The notes: generated by a model not told the origin, from the sequence alone. Numbered from the stretch's first letter, positions 36,893-50,195 are shown. The stretch is DNA of 64,000 bases from Chiloscyllium plagiosum (GCF_004010195.1 NC_057753.1:4019656-4083655), one strand, 5' to 3'. Program-made: numbers and translations.

Positions 36893-39212
36893 TCCCTTTT
36901 TACAAAAGCCTTTCGTCTTGCTCTCGTTAGAACATTCACAAGTAGTACCAATGGAAAGGGGAACAACATTTTGTACTTTTGCTTTAGGGAAATATCTACT
37001 TTAACGAAGCCATATAAACATCTGAATTGTGTACATATTTTTGATATACAGTACACAAGGTCGATATTGGTATAAAATAATTGGTAGGAGACTGCCACAT
37101 GCCAAAGGCCATTTCTCAAAAATATCCACAATCAATAAGCTATTTACAATCACTCAAATTATATCAAAGACCAGATGGGGAGAAATTGGACCTCTTTTGA
37201 TATAACTTTGAACTCTGGTTTCGCCCCTTTCAGGAAACCTTAGTTTAACACACAATGTTACAGAATCACACCAACATTGATAGTACATAAAATGAAATGC
37301 TTTCCTTTTCCCTCAGTGCAATGCTTGGAATTACAGCAGGTAAAGCAGATGACTGACTGTCACCTCCCTCTTGGTGTGTTTATTGTGATGTGGATCATCA
37401 AATTCAGCTCCAACTCAGACAAGATAAACAGGGAGGGAGAGGCGAACACCAAATCCATTTACAAAACGTAAAACCGTGTTACTGCTGGACATTGGTCCAT
37501 ACCTGGACAAAGTTACCATCACCTCCAACAAGCAGGGGCAAGAGAACAACACTGTGTACTGTGTGAGAAGAGAGTGCTGGTTGGTTGGTAATTGGGCAGT
37601 GACTGGTCGAGACATTGCCAGGATGAATGCAGAGGTTGGGTGATGACTGACAGTTACTATTCACAATCTTCAAATATGAACCAAACAGTATGACTCAAAC
37701 AAGATATTCCCCTGTGTACTGAACCAGAGAATGGTCAGAATCTGTTCTGGTGAGTTAAATCAAAGTACAATCTATGTGCATATTCTTTCTGGCTGCAAAG
37801 AACAGGGCCGTGTGCATTAATATATGGAGCTTCCAGTCTGCTCAGATGTGTGCCACAGTGTGAGCCTGACGGTCCGAAATGGCTTGTGGGAGCAGAGTCG
37901 AAAAGCGTGGTGCTGAAAAAGCACAGCTAGTCAGGCAGCATTCGAGGAGCAGGAGGGTCAATGTTTCGGGCAAAAGCCCTTCATCAGGAATACTCAAGAT
38001 TTTTTATCAAATGCTTTCCAATCATAGAATCATATCTAATATTGACGAATATACTTTGGATTTTGAAAAAAGGCTAGTTGCTCAGTGCCTTGCCTGCTGT
38101 GAGAGTCACAGGCACATGATATTTGAGATGATCTACCTGTATTGGGAGTTTGTATCTTTCAGATACTAGATAACATTGCGCAGAATTCAATGTCTTTTCC
38201 CCAGTGATCCATGCAAGGTCAGAAGAGGAAGAGACATTGACTGTGGCACAGGAAAATCAATGTCTGCGTTTGAAACATATTGTGGAAGGTAAAACTACAA
38301 AGACAGGTGCACATGGTCAGGAGATGGGCAGCAGTAGAAACCATATTTATAAACAGGCAACAGAGTGACAGTAAAGAACAAACTTCACTGAACACATCCA
38401 TTATATGATTCAGTGGAAATCAAACAACAGCAGAGAGGTAATCAAAAGGGGAAACAGTAACGAGTGCACGTGGATTCCAATCCACAGTAAAGGGAGTCAC
38501 ACCAATCCAAGAGTGATGGAACCTCTCATAAATGAAAGACAATACAGATAGTTCTCCTATACCACCATTGTTGTGTTCACATGCAACGCCATGTTATACA
38601 AAATCATGCAATAAAAGTAATGGGGCCTATGGGAAAAAAAAAGTGTTGGAGCAAACCACCAAAAATACCAGGAAAAATCGAAACAAAAATAGCAGTCTAA
38701 CACAAATAACAGCACAGTCTAAGTGAATTTTGACTTGTAACGGACATGTAGTACGTTGTGCAATTCATCAGAATCTTCAACTGATGACTCTAGATTGGCA
38801 TCTATACCTGGTGCCTGCAATACGTTCTCACCAGTCTTCGGATCCCATCCAATGGTAACGCTGCACAAGTCAGATCCCAGAATGAAATCTGTCTTGATAG
38901 ACCAAGGGCTGAATTTCTTTCGCTAAGTTATCAGTTTTGTCAGATTTGTCAGAGGGTTTCACATAACAACACTTCCAGCTTGTTTTCCAAAACCCGCCTG
39001 GTTTATTACCTACCCCACTCTGTGGTGCCCCCTCACCCATTCTAGCACCTTCGTACTATGTGCCATTTCCAAAACAACTCCCAACTTCCTGGATATCCCA
39101 GAATTGACCGATATCCATGGAGCAGCACCATCTTGAAAAAAGATACTGTGCATCCAGACAAGAGCTGTCAGTCTGGAGCTGCCAAGCATGGTTCCCGACA
39201 TTGGCCCTGAAC

Positions 39213-39441
39213 ATGGCAGACAATGGAAAATTGGTGCCTCTCTTTGTGGGCAAGGGCTTGGACATGCTGCTGATGAGGATGGGGTGATGCAGAGGCAGGA
39301 TGTTCTTTTCTCCCAGTCCAACAGAGGACGCCATGCTATTGGAACCAGAACCTGGGTTACCATCCATGCCAGTGCAGTCTCAACCATTTAAAGGAATGCA
39401 CAGAATGTAGGAAGAAGATTAATGACCTTCTCTACTCTGCC
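39213..39441 (+). pseudogene. Harbinger-type Myb/SANT (trihelix) DNA-binding protein remnant
   Basis: Across frameshifts: MADNGKLVPLF..LDMLL.GVMQRQDVLF..TW..SAVST..RNAQ.CRKKINDLLYSA. Confidence 0.6.
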
Positions 39442-40317
39442 AGTGAAGAGGCCACCATCTTCTCGTTGATAGCTCACATTCACCCTATCTCGGTGGCACA
39501 TTTTCTGTGACATCTTCTCCAAACAATCTCATCCTCACCAACATCTGACTCTGCCTAACCCTGAATCTCTTCTGCACAGCTGACTCACTCCCTCAGAATA
39601 TCTCCACTCATGCACCAAAAGTAACAGTGTGCCTCCCACCTTTCTCTCTCTCCCCCACGATGTGCAGAATTTCCTGACTCTGTACAACCTGAGCAACTGG
39701 CTGGCCATGTCCAAGCCCTGCCATGGTATCTTTTTTTTTTGCTGTTGGTTACCATAGTGATTAGCCACTGAAACAGATGCACATGATCTGCAGATATTCT
39801 TTAAACATCGAAACATATTTTTTTAAACAAAAAGAAAGAAAATATGTTCTTAATACAGCAAAGCCCAGTTTCAAACTGCCCATCAACAATGTCCAGTGTG
39901 TGTTTATGATCCTGCTCCACAGCTACCTGATGAAGGAGCAGCGCTCTGAAAGCTACTGCTTCCAAATAAACCTGTTGGACTATAACCTGGTGTTGTGAGA
40001 TCTTTAACTTTTGCTTTTAGTCAATTCCAGAGAAATTTCACTCTTAATTCTTTAAGTTTTTTTTTAAATTAACAGATTACTCCCAGCTTCTTGTCCTCAG
40101 ACTGCAGAGATTTTTTCACAAGGCTTTTCCAAGTCCACTAGCACAAACATTTCACAATACCTTTCACGAAACTCTTCGCGAGAAAGCATACAAGCCAAGT
40201 GGTCATGTGACACTGACGCGGAGCCCCGTCCTCTGCGCATTGCGATACCTAGTGCTGGGGATCAGAAACACATAACAGCAAACGGGAGTTTGCTTTATAT
40301 AAAAAAAAGTCACCAAT

Positions 40318-43130
40318 TAGAGTCATAGAGATGTACTGCAAGGCAACAGATCCTTCAGGTCAACTCATCCATGCTGACCAGATACGCTAAATTAATCTAG
40401 TCCTATTTGCCAGCTCCCGCCCCATATCCCTCTCAACCCTTCCCATTCATAAACCCAACCAAATGCCTTTTAAATGTGGTAATTGTACCGGCCTCTACCA
40501 CTTCCTCTGGCAGCTCATTCCATACACGTACCACCCTCTGCATGAGAAAGTTGCCCCTTAGTTCTCTTTGATATCTTTCCCCTCTCACATTAAACCTATG
40601 CCCTCTAGTTCTGGACACCCCACCCCAGGGAAAAGGTCATGTCTATTTCCCCTATCCATGCGCCTCAAGATTTTATAAACCTCGATAAGGTCACCCCTAA
40701 GCCATTGATACTCCAGAGAATACAGCCCCAGCCTGTTCAGCCTCTCCCTGTAGCTTAAGCCCTCTAACCCTGGCAACATCCTTGTAAATCTTTTCTGAAC
40801 CCTTTCAACTTCCACAACATCCTTCCGATAAGCTGACCAATAAAGGAAAGCACACCAAATGCCTTCTTCACTATCCTATCTACCTGCGACTCTACTTTCA
40901 AGGAGCTATGAACCTGCACTCCAATGTCTGTTCATTCAGCAACAGTCCCTAGGACCTTACCATTAAGTGTATAAGTCCTGCTAAGATTTGCTTTCCCAAA
41001 ATGCAGCACATCACATTTATCTAAATTAAAATCCATCTGCCACTCCTCAGCCCATTGGCCCATCTGATCATGATCCCATTATACTCTGAGATGACCTTCT
41101 TCGCTGTCCACTACACCTGCAATTTTGGTGTCATTGGCAAACTTACTAACTATATCTCCTATGTTCACATCCAAATCACTTATATAAATGACGAAAAACC
41201 AGCACTGATCCTTGTGAGAAACCGCTGGTCACAGACCTCCAGTCTGAAAAACAACCCTCCACTACCACCCTCTGTCTTCTACCTTTGAGCCAAATGGCTA
41301 GTTCTCCCTGTATTCGTGAGATCTAACCTTACTAACCAGTCTCCCATGGGAACCTTGTTGGATGCCTTGCTGAAGTCCATTTCGATCATGTCCACCACTC
41401 TGCCCTCATCAATCCTCTTTGTTACTTCTTTAAAAAACTCAATCAAGTTCATGACACGTGATTTCCCATGCACAAAGCCCTTTTGACTATCCCTAATCAG
41501 TCCTTGCCTTTCCAAATACATGTACATCCTATCCCTGAGGATTCCCTCCAACAACTTGCCCACCATTGAGGTCAGGCTCACCGGTCAATAAGTTCCCTGG
41601 CTTTTCCTTACCATCTTTCTTCAATAGTGGCACCACGTTAGCCAACGTTCAGTCTTCTAGCACCTCACCTGTGACTATTGATGATCCAAATATCTCAGCA
41701 ATCACTTCCCCACCTTCCCACAGAGTTCTGGGATACACCTTATCAGATCCTGGGGATTTTTCCAGCTTTATGCATTTTAAGACATCCAGCACCACCTCCT
41801 CTGTAATATGGACATTTTTCAAGATGTCATCATCTATTTCTCCACATTCTACATCTTCCGTGTCCTTCCCCACAGTAAACACTGATGCAAAATACTCATT
41901 AATATCTCCTCCATCTCCTGCTGATCTTTGAGGGGCCCAATTCTCTCCCTAGTTACCCTTTTGTCCTTAGCTTATTTATAGAATCCCTATAGATTCTCCT
42001 TCACCCTATTTGCCAAAGCTATCTCATGTCCCCTTTGTGCCCTCCTGATTTCACTCTTAAGTATACTTCAACGGCCTTTATATTCTTCTAAGGATTCACT
42101 TGATCTCTGCTGTCAATACCTGACATATGCTTCTTTCTTTTTCTTAACCAAAATCTCAATCTCTAGACATCTAGCATTCCCTACACTTACCAGCCTTTCC
42201 TTTCACCCTGATAGGAATATACTTTCTCTGGACTCTCGTTATCTCATTTCTGAAAGCTTCCCATTTTTCAGCCGTCCCTTTACCTGTGAACGTCGGCCCC
42301 CAGTCAGCTTTTGTAAATTCTTGCCTAATACCGTCAACATTAGCTTTCTCCAATTTAGAACTTTAACCTTTAGATCTGGTCGATTCTTTTCCATTATTAT
42401 TTTAAAACTAATAGAATTATAGTCGCTGGCCCCAAAGTGCTGTCCCACTGACACCTCAGGCACCTGCCCTGCCTTATTTACGAAGCATAGGTCAATGTTT
42501 GCATCTTCGCTAGTCGGTACATCCACATACTGAATCAGAAAGTTTTCTTGTACACACTTAACAAATTCCTCTTCATCTAATCCTTTAACACTATGGCAGT
42601 CCCAGTCTGTGTTTGGAAAGTTAAAATCCCCTACCATAATCACACTATTATTTTTACAGGTAACAGATAATCCTTACAAACTTGTTTCTCAATTTCCTGC
42701 TGACTATTAGGGGGTCTATAATACAATCCCAATAAGGTTATCATCCCTTTCTTATTTCTCAGTTCCACCCAAACAACTTCCCCAAATGTATTTCCGGGAA
42801 TATCCTCCCTCAGCACAGCCATAATGCTATCCCTTAACAAAAACGTCACTCCCCCTCCTCTCTTGCCTCCCTTTCTGTCCTTCCTGTCGCATTTGTATCC
42901 TGGAACATTAAGCTGCCAGTCCTGCCCATCCCTGAGCCATGTTTCTGTAATTGCTATGATAACCCAGTCCCATGCTCCTAACCAAGCCCTGGGTTCATCT
43001 GCCTTCCCTGTTAGGCCTCTTGCATTGAAATAACTGCAGTTTAATTTATCAGTCCGACCTTGTTCTCTGCTTAGTTCCTGCCTGCCCGACTCTATTCTTT
43101 TCCCAACTACACCAGTCTCAGATTGATCTC
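40318..43130 (-). mobile_element. Long CR1 LINE ORF2 remnant (APE and RT)
   Basis: [41 protein letters not shown]. Confidence 0.9.
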
Positions 43131-44770
43131 TTTCCTCACCATTTCCTCTGCCCTCAAACCCCACCCCTCCAATCGCAACAAGGACAGAAACCCCTGGGCC
43201 TCACCTTCCACCCCACCAACCTCCGCATTAATCGGAGCATCCGCGGACATTTCTGCCACCTCCAAACAGACCCCACCACCAGGGATATTTTTGCCTCCCC
43301 ACACCTTTCCGCAAAGACCATTCCCTCCGTGACTACCTGGTCAGGTCCACGCACCCCAACAACCCACCCTCCCATCCTTGTACCCTCCCCTGCCACCGCA
43401 GGAATTGCAAAACCTGCGCCCACACCTCCTCCCTCACCTCCATCCAAGGCCCCAAAATCTACATCCATCAAAGTTTCAACTGCACATCCACCAATGTAAT
43501 TTATTGTATCTGTTGCTCCCGATGCGGTCTCCTTTACATAGAATATAGAACATAGAAAAGTACAGCACAAAACAGTCCCTTTGACCCACGATGTTGAGCC
43601 GATGTTTAATCCCATTGTAAAATAAAATAACTTAACCTACACACCCCTCAACTCACTGCTATCTCCATGTGCATGGCCAGCAGTCACTTAAATGTCCCTA
43701 ATGACTCTGCTTCCACCACCACCGCTGGCAACGCATTCCATGCATTCACAACTCTCTGCGTAAAGAACCTACCTCTGACGTCTCCTTTATACCTTCCTCC
43801 TAATATTTTAAAACTATGACTCCTCGTACCAGTCAATCCTGCCCTGGGGAAACGTCTCTGGCTATTGACTCTATCCATTCCTCTCATTATTTTGTACACC
43901 TCGATCAGGTCTCCTCTCTTCCTCCTTCTCTGCAGAGAGAAAAGTCTTCCTAAGGCAAGCTCTCCTGTCCAGGCAGCATCCTGGTAAACCTTCTTTGCAC
44001 CCTCTCCAAAGCCCCTGTATCTTTCCTGTAGTTGGGCAACCAGAACTGGACACAATATTCCAAGTGTGGTCTCACCAGGGACTTGTAGAGTTGCAGCAAA
44101 ACCTCGTGGCTCTTAAACTCGATCCCCTGTTAATGAAAGCCAAAACACCATATGCTTTCTTAACAACTTTATCCACTTGGGTGGCAACTTTAAGGGATCT
44201 ATGTACATTGGGGAGATCGGAAGCCTTCTTGCAGAGTGCTTCAGAGAACATCTCCGGGACACCCGCACCAATCAACCTCACCGCCCCGTGGCCTCTCCCT
44301 CCCACTCTGCCGAGGACGTGCAGGTCCTGGGCCTCCTCCACCGCTGGTCCCTCACCATCCGACACCTGCAGGAAGAACACCTCATCTTCTGCCTCGGGAC
44401 CCTCCAACCCCAGAGCATCAACGTAGATTTCACCAGTTTCCTCATTCCCCCTCCCCCCACCTTATCGCAGTTCCAACCTTCCAGCTCAGCACCGCCCTCA
44501 TGACTGTCCCACCTGTCGATCTTCCTTCCCACCTATCCACTCCACCCTCCTCTCCAACCTATCACCATTACCTCCACCTCCCACACTCTCAGCTACCTTC
44601 CCCTAGCCCCACCCTCCTCCCATTTATCTCTCCACCCCCGAGACTCCCAGCCTCATTCCTGATGAAGGGCTCCTGCCCGAAACGTCGATTTCCCTGCTCC
44701 TCGCATGCTGCCTGGACCTGCTGTGCTTTTCCAGCACCACTCTAATCTCCAGCATCTGCAGTACCCATTT
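43130..44770 (+). mobile_element. Penelope-like (Neptune-type) GIY-YIG region plus pLTR, split by CR1
   Basis: PCHRRNCKTC..NVIYCICCSRCGLLYI | GE..FREHL..EEHLIFCLGTLQP; hammerhead at 44659-44686. Confidence 0.85.
43540..44207 (-). mobile_element. CR1 3' fragment inserted in the PLE YIG motif
   Basis: TACAT at both junctions; [21 protein letters not shown]. Confidence 0.85.
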
Positions 44771-44774
44771 CCAC

Positions 44775-45468
44775 CTTCTCAAAGATCCATCCCACCCCGG
44801 CAATGTTGTTCTATAACCTCTACCATCGGGGAGAAGGTACAGAAGCCTGAACACACGCACCAGCCGGTTTCAAAAGTTTCTACCCAACTGTTGTTAGAAG
44901 ACTGAATGGACTCAAACCCTTAACATGGCAGGTCACGTTGGGGCGGTACAGGACATTGGTTAGGCCACTGTTGGATTATTGTGTGCCGTTCTGGTCTCCT
45001 TCCTATCGGAAAGATGTTGTGAAACTTGAAAGGGTTCAGAAAAGATTTACAAGGATGTTGCCAGGTTTGGAGGATTTGAGCTATAGGGAGAGGCTGAACA
45101 GGCTGGGGCTGTTTTCCCTGGACCGTCGGAGGCTGAGGAGTGACCTTATAGAGGTTTACAAAATTATGAGGGGCATGGATAGGATAAATAGGCAAAGTCT
45201 TTTCCCTGGGGTCAGGGAGTCCAGAACTAGAGGGCATAGGTTTAGGGTGGGTTGGGATATCTGGTCGGCATGGACAGGTTGGACCGAAGGGTCTGTTTCC
45301 ATGCTCTCTATGACTCTATTCGCCTGTACCTGCGTTTTTGTTTTTGCCGCTGTTTCCCTATTATTTACTATCTGTGCTACTTAACTCTGTGACCTGCCTG
45401 TATTGCTCACAAGACAAAGCTTTTCACTGTGTTTCGGCACACGAGACAATAAATTCAATTCAATTCAA
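44775..45468 (+). mobile_element. Rex1-like LINE 3' end with nested CR1 (44921-45320)
   Basis: LPSGRRYRSLNT.TSRF..FYP..RRLN; AATAAA followed by (TTCAA)n tail. Confidence 0.6.
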
Positions 45469-46424
45469 ATCCATTGTTAAAGTCCACTTGAGAATGTAAC
45501 CTTAAAACATGTTATGCGATTTACATACGAAACAACTGAAACCAACAGTCATTCTAAAAGGTGAGAGACTTAAACAATCCAGGTCTTTTTAAATATATTT
45601 CAGTTGCATCACACTGTGAACATTTGCTATAAATTCTGTGTCTTATGGTCTTAAACTCCAAAACCACCTGATGAAGGAGCAGTGCTCTGAAAGCTAGTGC
45701 TTCCAAATAAACCTGCCGGACTATAACCTGGTGCTGTGTGATTTTTAACTATTAACAATATCAGGTAACAGGGGAGTTTAGATGCTCTACAGATAGAACA
45801 TAGAACAGTACAGCGCAGAACAGGCCCTCCGGCCCTCGATGTTGCGCCGACCTATGAACTATTCTCAGCTTGTCCCCCTACACTATCCCATCATCATCCA
45901 TGTGCTTATCTAAGGATTGTTTAAATCTCCCTAATGTGGCTGAGTTGACTACATTAGCAGGTAAGGCATTCCACACCCTTACCACTCTCTGAGTAAATGA
46001 GAATAACCCAGATAAGCTCGAATCAGGCAATGATAAGAGACTGGAGGGAAAACTGGATAAAGTTGCAAGTTCTGGACTCAAAGAGAAAGTCATGAGGGCG
46101 TTTGACCCAGCGGTTAGTGAAAAGGAGAGATGCAGCAGAGGCAATGGATTGTCACTAAGGTTGAGGCAAAGACGTTCCCACTTGTTGTTGGGGGTGAAGA
46201 TGGAGAAGACAGGGGAGAGGGACAGCCCTTCAAAAATTTATGCCAGTGATATTTAAAAAAAAACTTTGTACATTTTGTATTAAATACAAAGCTGATTTAT
46301 TTGATGTTTATCCAGAATACTATAACTGAAGTGTAGTTTTTTTTTTAAACTATTAGTGGAAACAGACTCAAATGAAACAGGTCCATTCCCAAATGTGATT
46401 AACAGCAAAATCGAATCACTGCGA

Positions 46425-47375
46425 TTACTTGTGAATGCGCTGGTGTCTCAGTAGGTGGGATGACTGAGTGAACCCCTTCCCACATTTGCAGCAGGTAAAT
46501 GGTCTCTCCCCGCTGTGGACTCGCTGGTGTACAATCAGTTCAGAAGATCGTCTGAAGCCAGTCCCGCAGTGAGAGCACCGAAACGGTCTGTTGTCCGTGT
46601 GAACACGTCGATGGATCACCAGCTGTCGAGAGCTTTTACAACCCTTCCCACAGTCCGGGCATTTGAAAGGTCTCTCCTCAGAGTGAACCCGCTGGTGTGA
46701 CAGCAAGTAGGAAGACCTGTTAAATTTCTTTCCACACTCTGAACAGTTGAATGGCTTCTCCCCAGTGTGACAACGTTGGTGGACAGTGAGGTCAGGCATC
46801 CGTAGGAACCCAGCCCCACAGTGACAGCATCGGAACGGTCTCTCGTCTGTGTGAACACGTTGATGGGACATCAGTTCTCTTGAACTTTTAAAGCATTTTC
46901 CACAGTCTGTACAGTTAAAAGGTCTCCGGTCGGAGTGAACTTGCTGGTGTGTCATCAAGTGACATGAGTGAGAGAATCCCTTCCCACACTCACTGCAAGT
47001 GAATGGTCTCTCCCCAGTGTGTATGCGCTGGTGTACGCTGAGGTTAGATGATCGCTTGAACCTGGACCCACAGTGAGAGCATCTGTACGGTCTCTCATCA
47101 GTGTGAACACGTTGGTGGGACGCTAGGTCCCTGGAACTTTTACAGCATGTCCCACAGTCTGGACATTTAAACGGTCTCTCCCCGGTGTGAACCCGCTGGT
47201 GTGACAGCATATTGGTTAAGCGAGTGAATCCCCTTCCACACTGGGGGCAGCTGAACGGCCTCTCCCCAGTGTGACTGCGTCGATGCCTTTCGAGGTGGGA
47301 TGGGCATTTGAATGTCTTTTCACAGTCCCCACACTTCCACGGTTTCTCAGTGTGAATGATTATTTTAGCTTCCAT
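46425..47375 (-). CDS. Tandem C2H2 zinc-finger protein, 11 fingers, no effector domain visible
   Basis: Intact ORF; ATG in ATCATGG context at 47375; acceptor TTTTATTCCAACAG| at 47552; AATAAA ~46298-46303. Confidence 0.92.
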   Translation of the reverse strand: MEAKIIIHTEKPWKCGDCEKTFKCPSHLERHRRSHTGERPFSCPQCGRGFTRLTNMLSHQRVHTGERPFKCPDCGTCCKSSRDLASHQRVHTDERPYRCSHCGSRFKRSSNLSVHQRIHTGERPFTCSECGKGFSHSCHLMTHQQVHSDRRPFNCTDCGKCFKSSRELMSHQRVHTDERPFRCCHCGAGFLRMPDLTVHQRCHTGEKPFNCSECGKKFNRSSYLLSHQRVHSEERPFKCPDCGKGCKSSRQLVIHRRVHTDNRPFRCSHCGTGFRRSSELIVHQRVHSGERPFTCCKCGKGFTQSSHLLRHQRIHK

Positions 47376-47891
47376 GATCCAAATATGAGGACCTTTTGGT
47401 CCTGATGGAATGACTATCCTCGCCTGTATCTGAAGTGATGCATAGGCATCCCATCCAATTGCCTGCAAAATAAATTGGAAACAGGAGTCAGGACATGTGA
47501 TCGAGACTTTGCGATACCAAATGCAGAATGTGAACACGAGCCATTGTTCACCTGTTGGAATAAAACAACGAACCTGCTGATGCTGGAGAACTGAAACAGC
47601 GGAAATTCAGTAAGTCTGGCAACATCTGCCGAGTGAAAAAGTTAACCCTTCGAGTCCAGTGACTGTTCTCCACAATGGCTTTGAAATGTTAACTCAATGC
47701 TTTCTCCACAGAGGCTGCCCAGAGCTGCAGCGTCTCTGCAGCAATTTCTGTTACCGTTTGAAGAAATCAGCAGTAGGTTCGGGCTGGAGAGAGATTATTC
47801 ACCTGTTCTATGTATAAGCAATTACTCAACCTAAAAAAACCCCAGCCAGGTCACTCAACCTGCTAAACAACCCCAGCCAGATCACTCAAGA

Positions 47892-49172
47892 TGAGATTCC
47901 CTACAGTGTGGAAACAGGCCCTTCGGCCCAACCAGTCCATACCGACCCTCCGAAGAGTAACCCACCCAGACCCACTTCCCTCTGACGAATGCATCTAACA
48001 CTATTGGCAATTTAGCAAGGCCAATTCACCTGACCTGCATATCTTTGGACTGTGGGAGGAAACCGGAGCACCCGGAGGGGACCCACATAGACACAGGGAG
48101 AATGTGCAAACTCCGCACAGACAGTCGCCCCAAGGCTGGAGTCGAACCTGGTACCCTGGTGCTGTGAGGCAGCAGTGCTAACCGCTGAGCCACCGTACCG
48201 CTCAACCTGCAGAAAGACCCCAGCCAGATCAGAATTTGCTGCAGGAGTTGGGTTTTGCTGTTAGCGACATCCAGGACTTTATCATTCCGACTCTTGGGAT
48301 TTATGTTAGCTTTCAGCTGGAATAGGATGTAATATTTTGGCAACTAATTTGCTGCCCTTTATAGGAGAAAGCGAGAACTGCAGATGCTGGAGATTAGAGT
48401 CGAGAGTGGGGTGCTGGGAAAGCGCAGCAGGTCAGGCAGCATCCCAGGAGCAGGAGAATTCCTGATGACGGTCTCTTGCCCGAAACGTCGACTCTCCTGC
48501 TCCTCGGATGCTGCCTGACCTGCTGAGCTTTTCCAGCAACACATGCTGTAGTTTATAACCTGCCCTGCAGGTAAAGCATCCTTCAAACTGTTTAGGCTGC
48601 AATGGTGCTCGACACTTCATCCCAAACCCACGACCATTTCCATCTAGAAGGTCAAGGGTAGCAAGTACATGGGAACACCACCACCTGCAGGTTTACATCC
48701 AAGCCACTCAGCATCCTGACTTGGAAATATATTATCTTCCTTCACTCTCACTGGGTAAGATCCTAGACCTGATTGTATCTTGAATCCCCCTGCAGTAGAT
48801 GGACTGCAGCAGTTCAAGAAGGCAGGTCAAACCACCTTTTACTTAGAATCCCAACAGTATGGAAACAGGCCATTTGGCCCAACAAATCCACACCGACCCT
48901 CCGGAGAGGAACCCACCCAGACCCATTCCCCTACTACTCTACATTCACTCCAAGCCGACACATCCCTGAACTCTATGGGACAATTTAGCATGGCCAATTC
49001 GCCCTAATCTGCACATCTTTGGACTGCGGGAGGACACCGGAGTACCCGGAGGAAACCCACACAGATACGGGAAGAATGTGCAAACTCCACACAGACAGTC
49101 GCCCCGAGGTTGGAATCGAACCCGGGTCCCTGGTGCTGAGAGGCAGCAGTGCTAACCACCGAGCCACCGTGC
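47892..49172 (-). mobile_element. HE1-like SINEs (47892-48198, 48840-49172) flanking an inverted PLE end (48365-48545)
   Basis: Match to other copies. Confidence 0.8.
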
Positions 49173-49530
49173 CTACCCCAAGTACAACTCGGGATGGGCA
49201 ATAAACACTGGCATTTTAATTACTGCTTTCACCTCATTGGAGAAGCAAACATAAACTTTGTCATTACTCTGCGGAACGATATCCATTCAGCCTGCAAGCT
49301 GGACCCTGTGCTTCTCATCATTTGTCATTTTAACATTCTGCATCACTTCCACTCTGACAGCTCTGTCCTGAGACTCCTGCATTGTTCCACTGAGGCTCGA
49401 CAGGTGCCAGAGGATGAGCAGCTCATCTTTCAGGTTGGCCCTTTTCACACTGATGCAATATTTCAGACGGTGCCTGCTCGATCTCATTTCCCAACCCAGT
49501 GGATATAGTTCCCAGCTAATTCATCACCAG

Positions 49531-49624
49531 CTAATTCCTGAAGAAGGGCTTATGCCCGAAACGTCGATTCTCCTGTTCCCTGGATGCTGCCTGACCTGCT
49601 GCGCTTTTCCAGCAACACATTTTC
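49531..49624 (+). mobile_element. Minimal PLE insertion (hammerhead plus 3' end) with 13-bp direct repeats
   Basis: AATTCATCACCAG at 49518-49530 and 49625-49637; body identical to 71-161. Confidence 0.8.
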
Positions 49625-50195
49625 AATTCATCACCAGTCACCATTCACAGCCGAGAAACTGCTTCTATTTCAGACTTACAGCATCCACAATGTTTTGGGT
49701 TTTTTTTTTAAAAAAGGTTGCTGAATATTGGCAGACAGAGTTTCCACAAGACACTGCATCCCAGCCAACTCGGAAGTTTCCCACCATTCCTTTACCGATT
49801 TACAGAAACATGATGGTGCAGAAACAGGTTGCTCAACCCATGAAGTCTACACCACACTTTGGAGCATTTTAACTCCTTGCCAATATCCTACTTTTCCCCC
49901 CATGACTCCGAAAGACAGTCTCCGTTGAAATAATCACCCAAAGCACTGTTGAATGCCTGAACCGAACCTGCCTCCACCACACTTCCACTGTAGCTCACTG
50001 GAAAACCGGAACCATTCGCTGTGTGATAAAAGCTTTCTCACCTCCCATCCGCTGGTTTGGCAATGACTTTGAAATGACTCCACAGAAGCTGGTATCCTGT
50101 CACCAAGTCACCCTCTGCTGATACATGGAGAGTCCCTGCCACTGATCCAGCTCCTTCAGAGTCAGCTCTCGGAATGAACAGAACCTCAGACACTC

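Noticed and set aside
37400..39010. Possible LTR-like or unclassified repeats
   Set aside because: No termini, TSD or coding motif I could support
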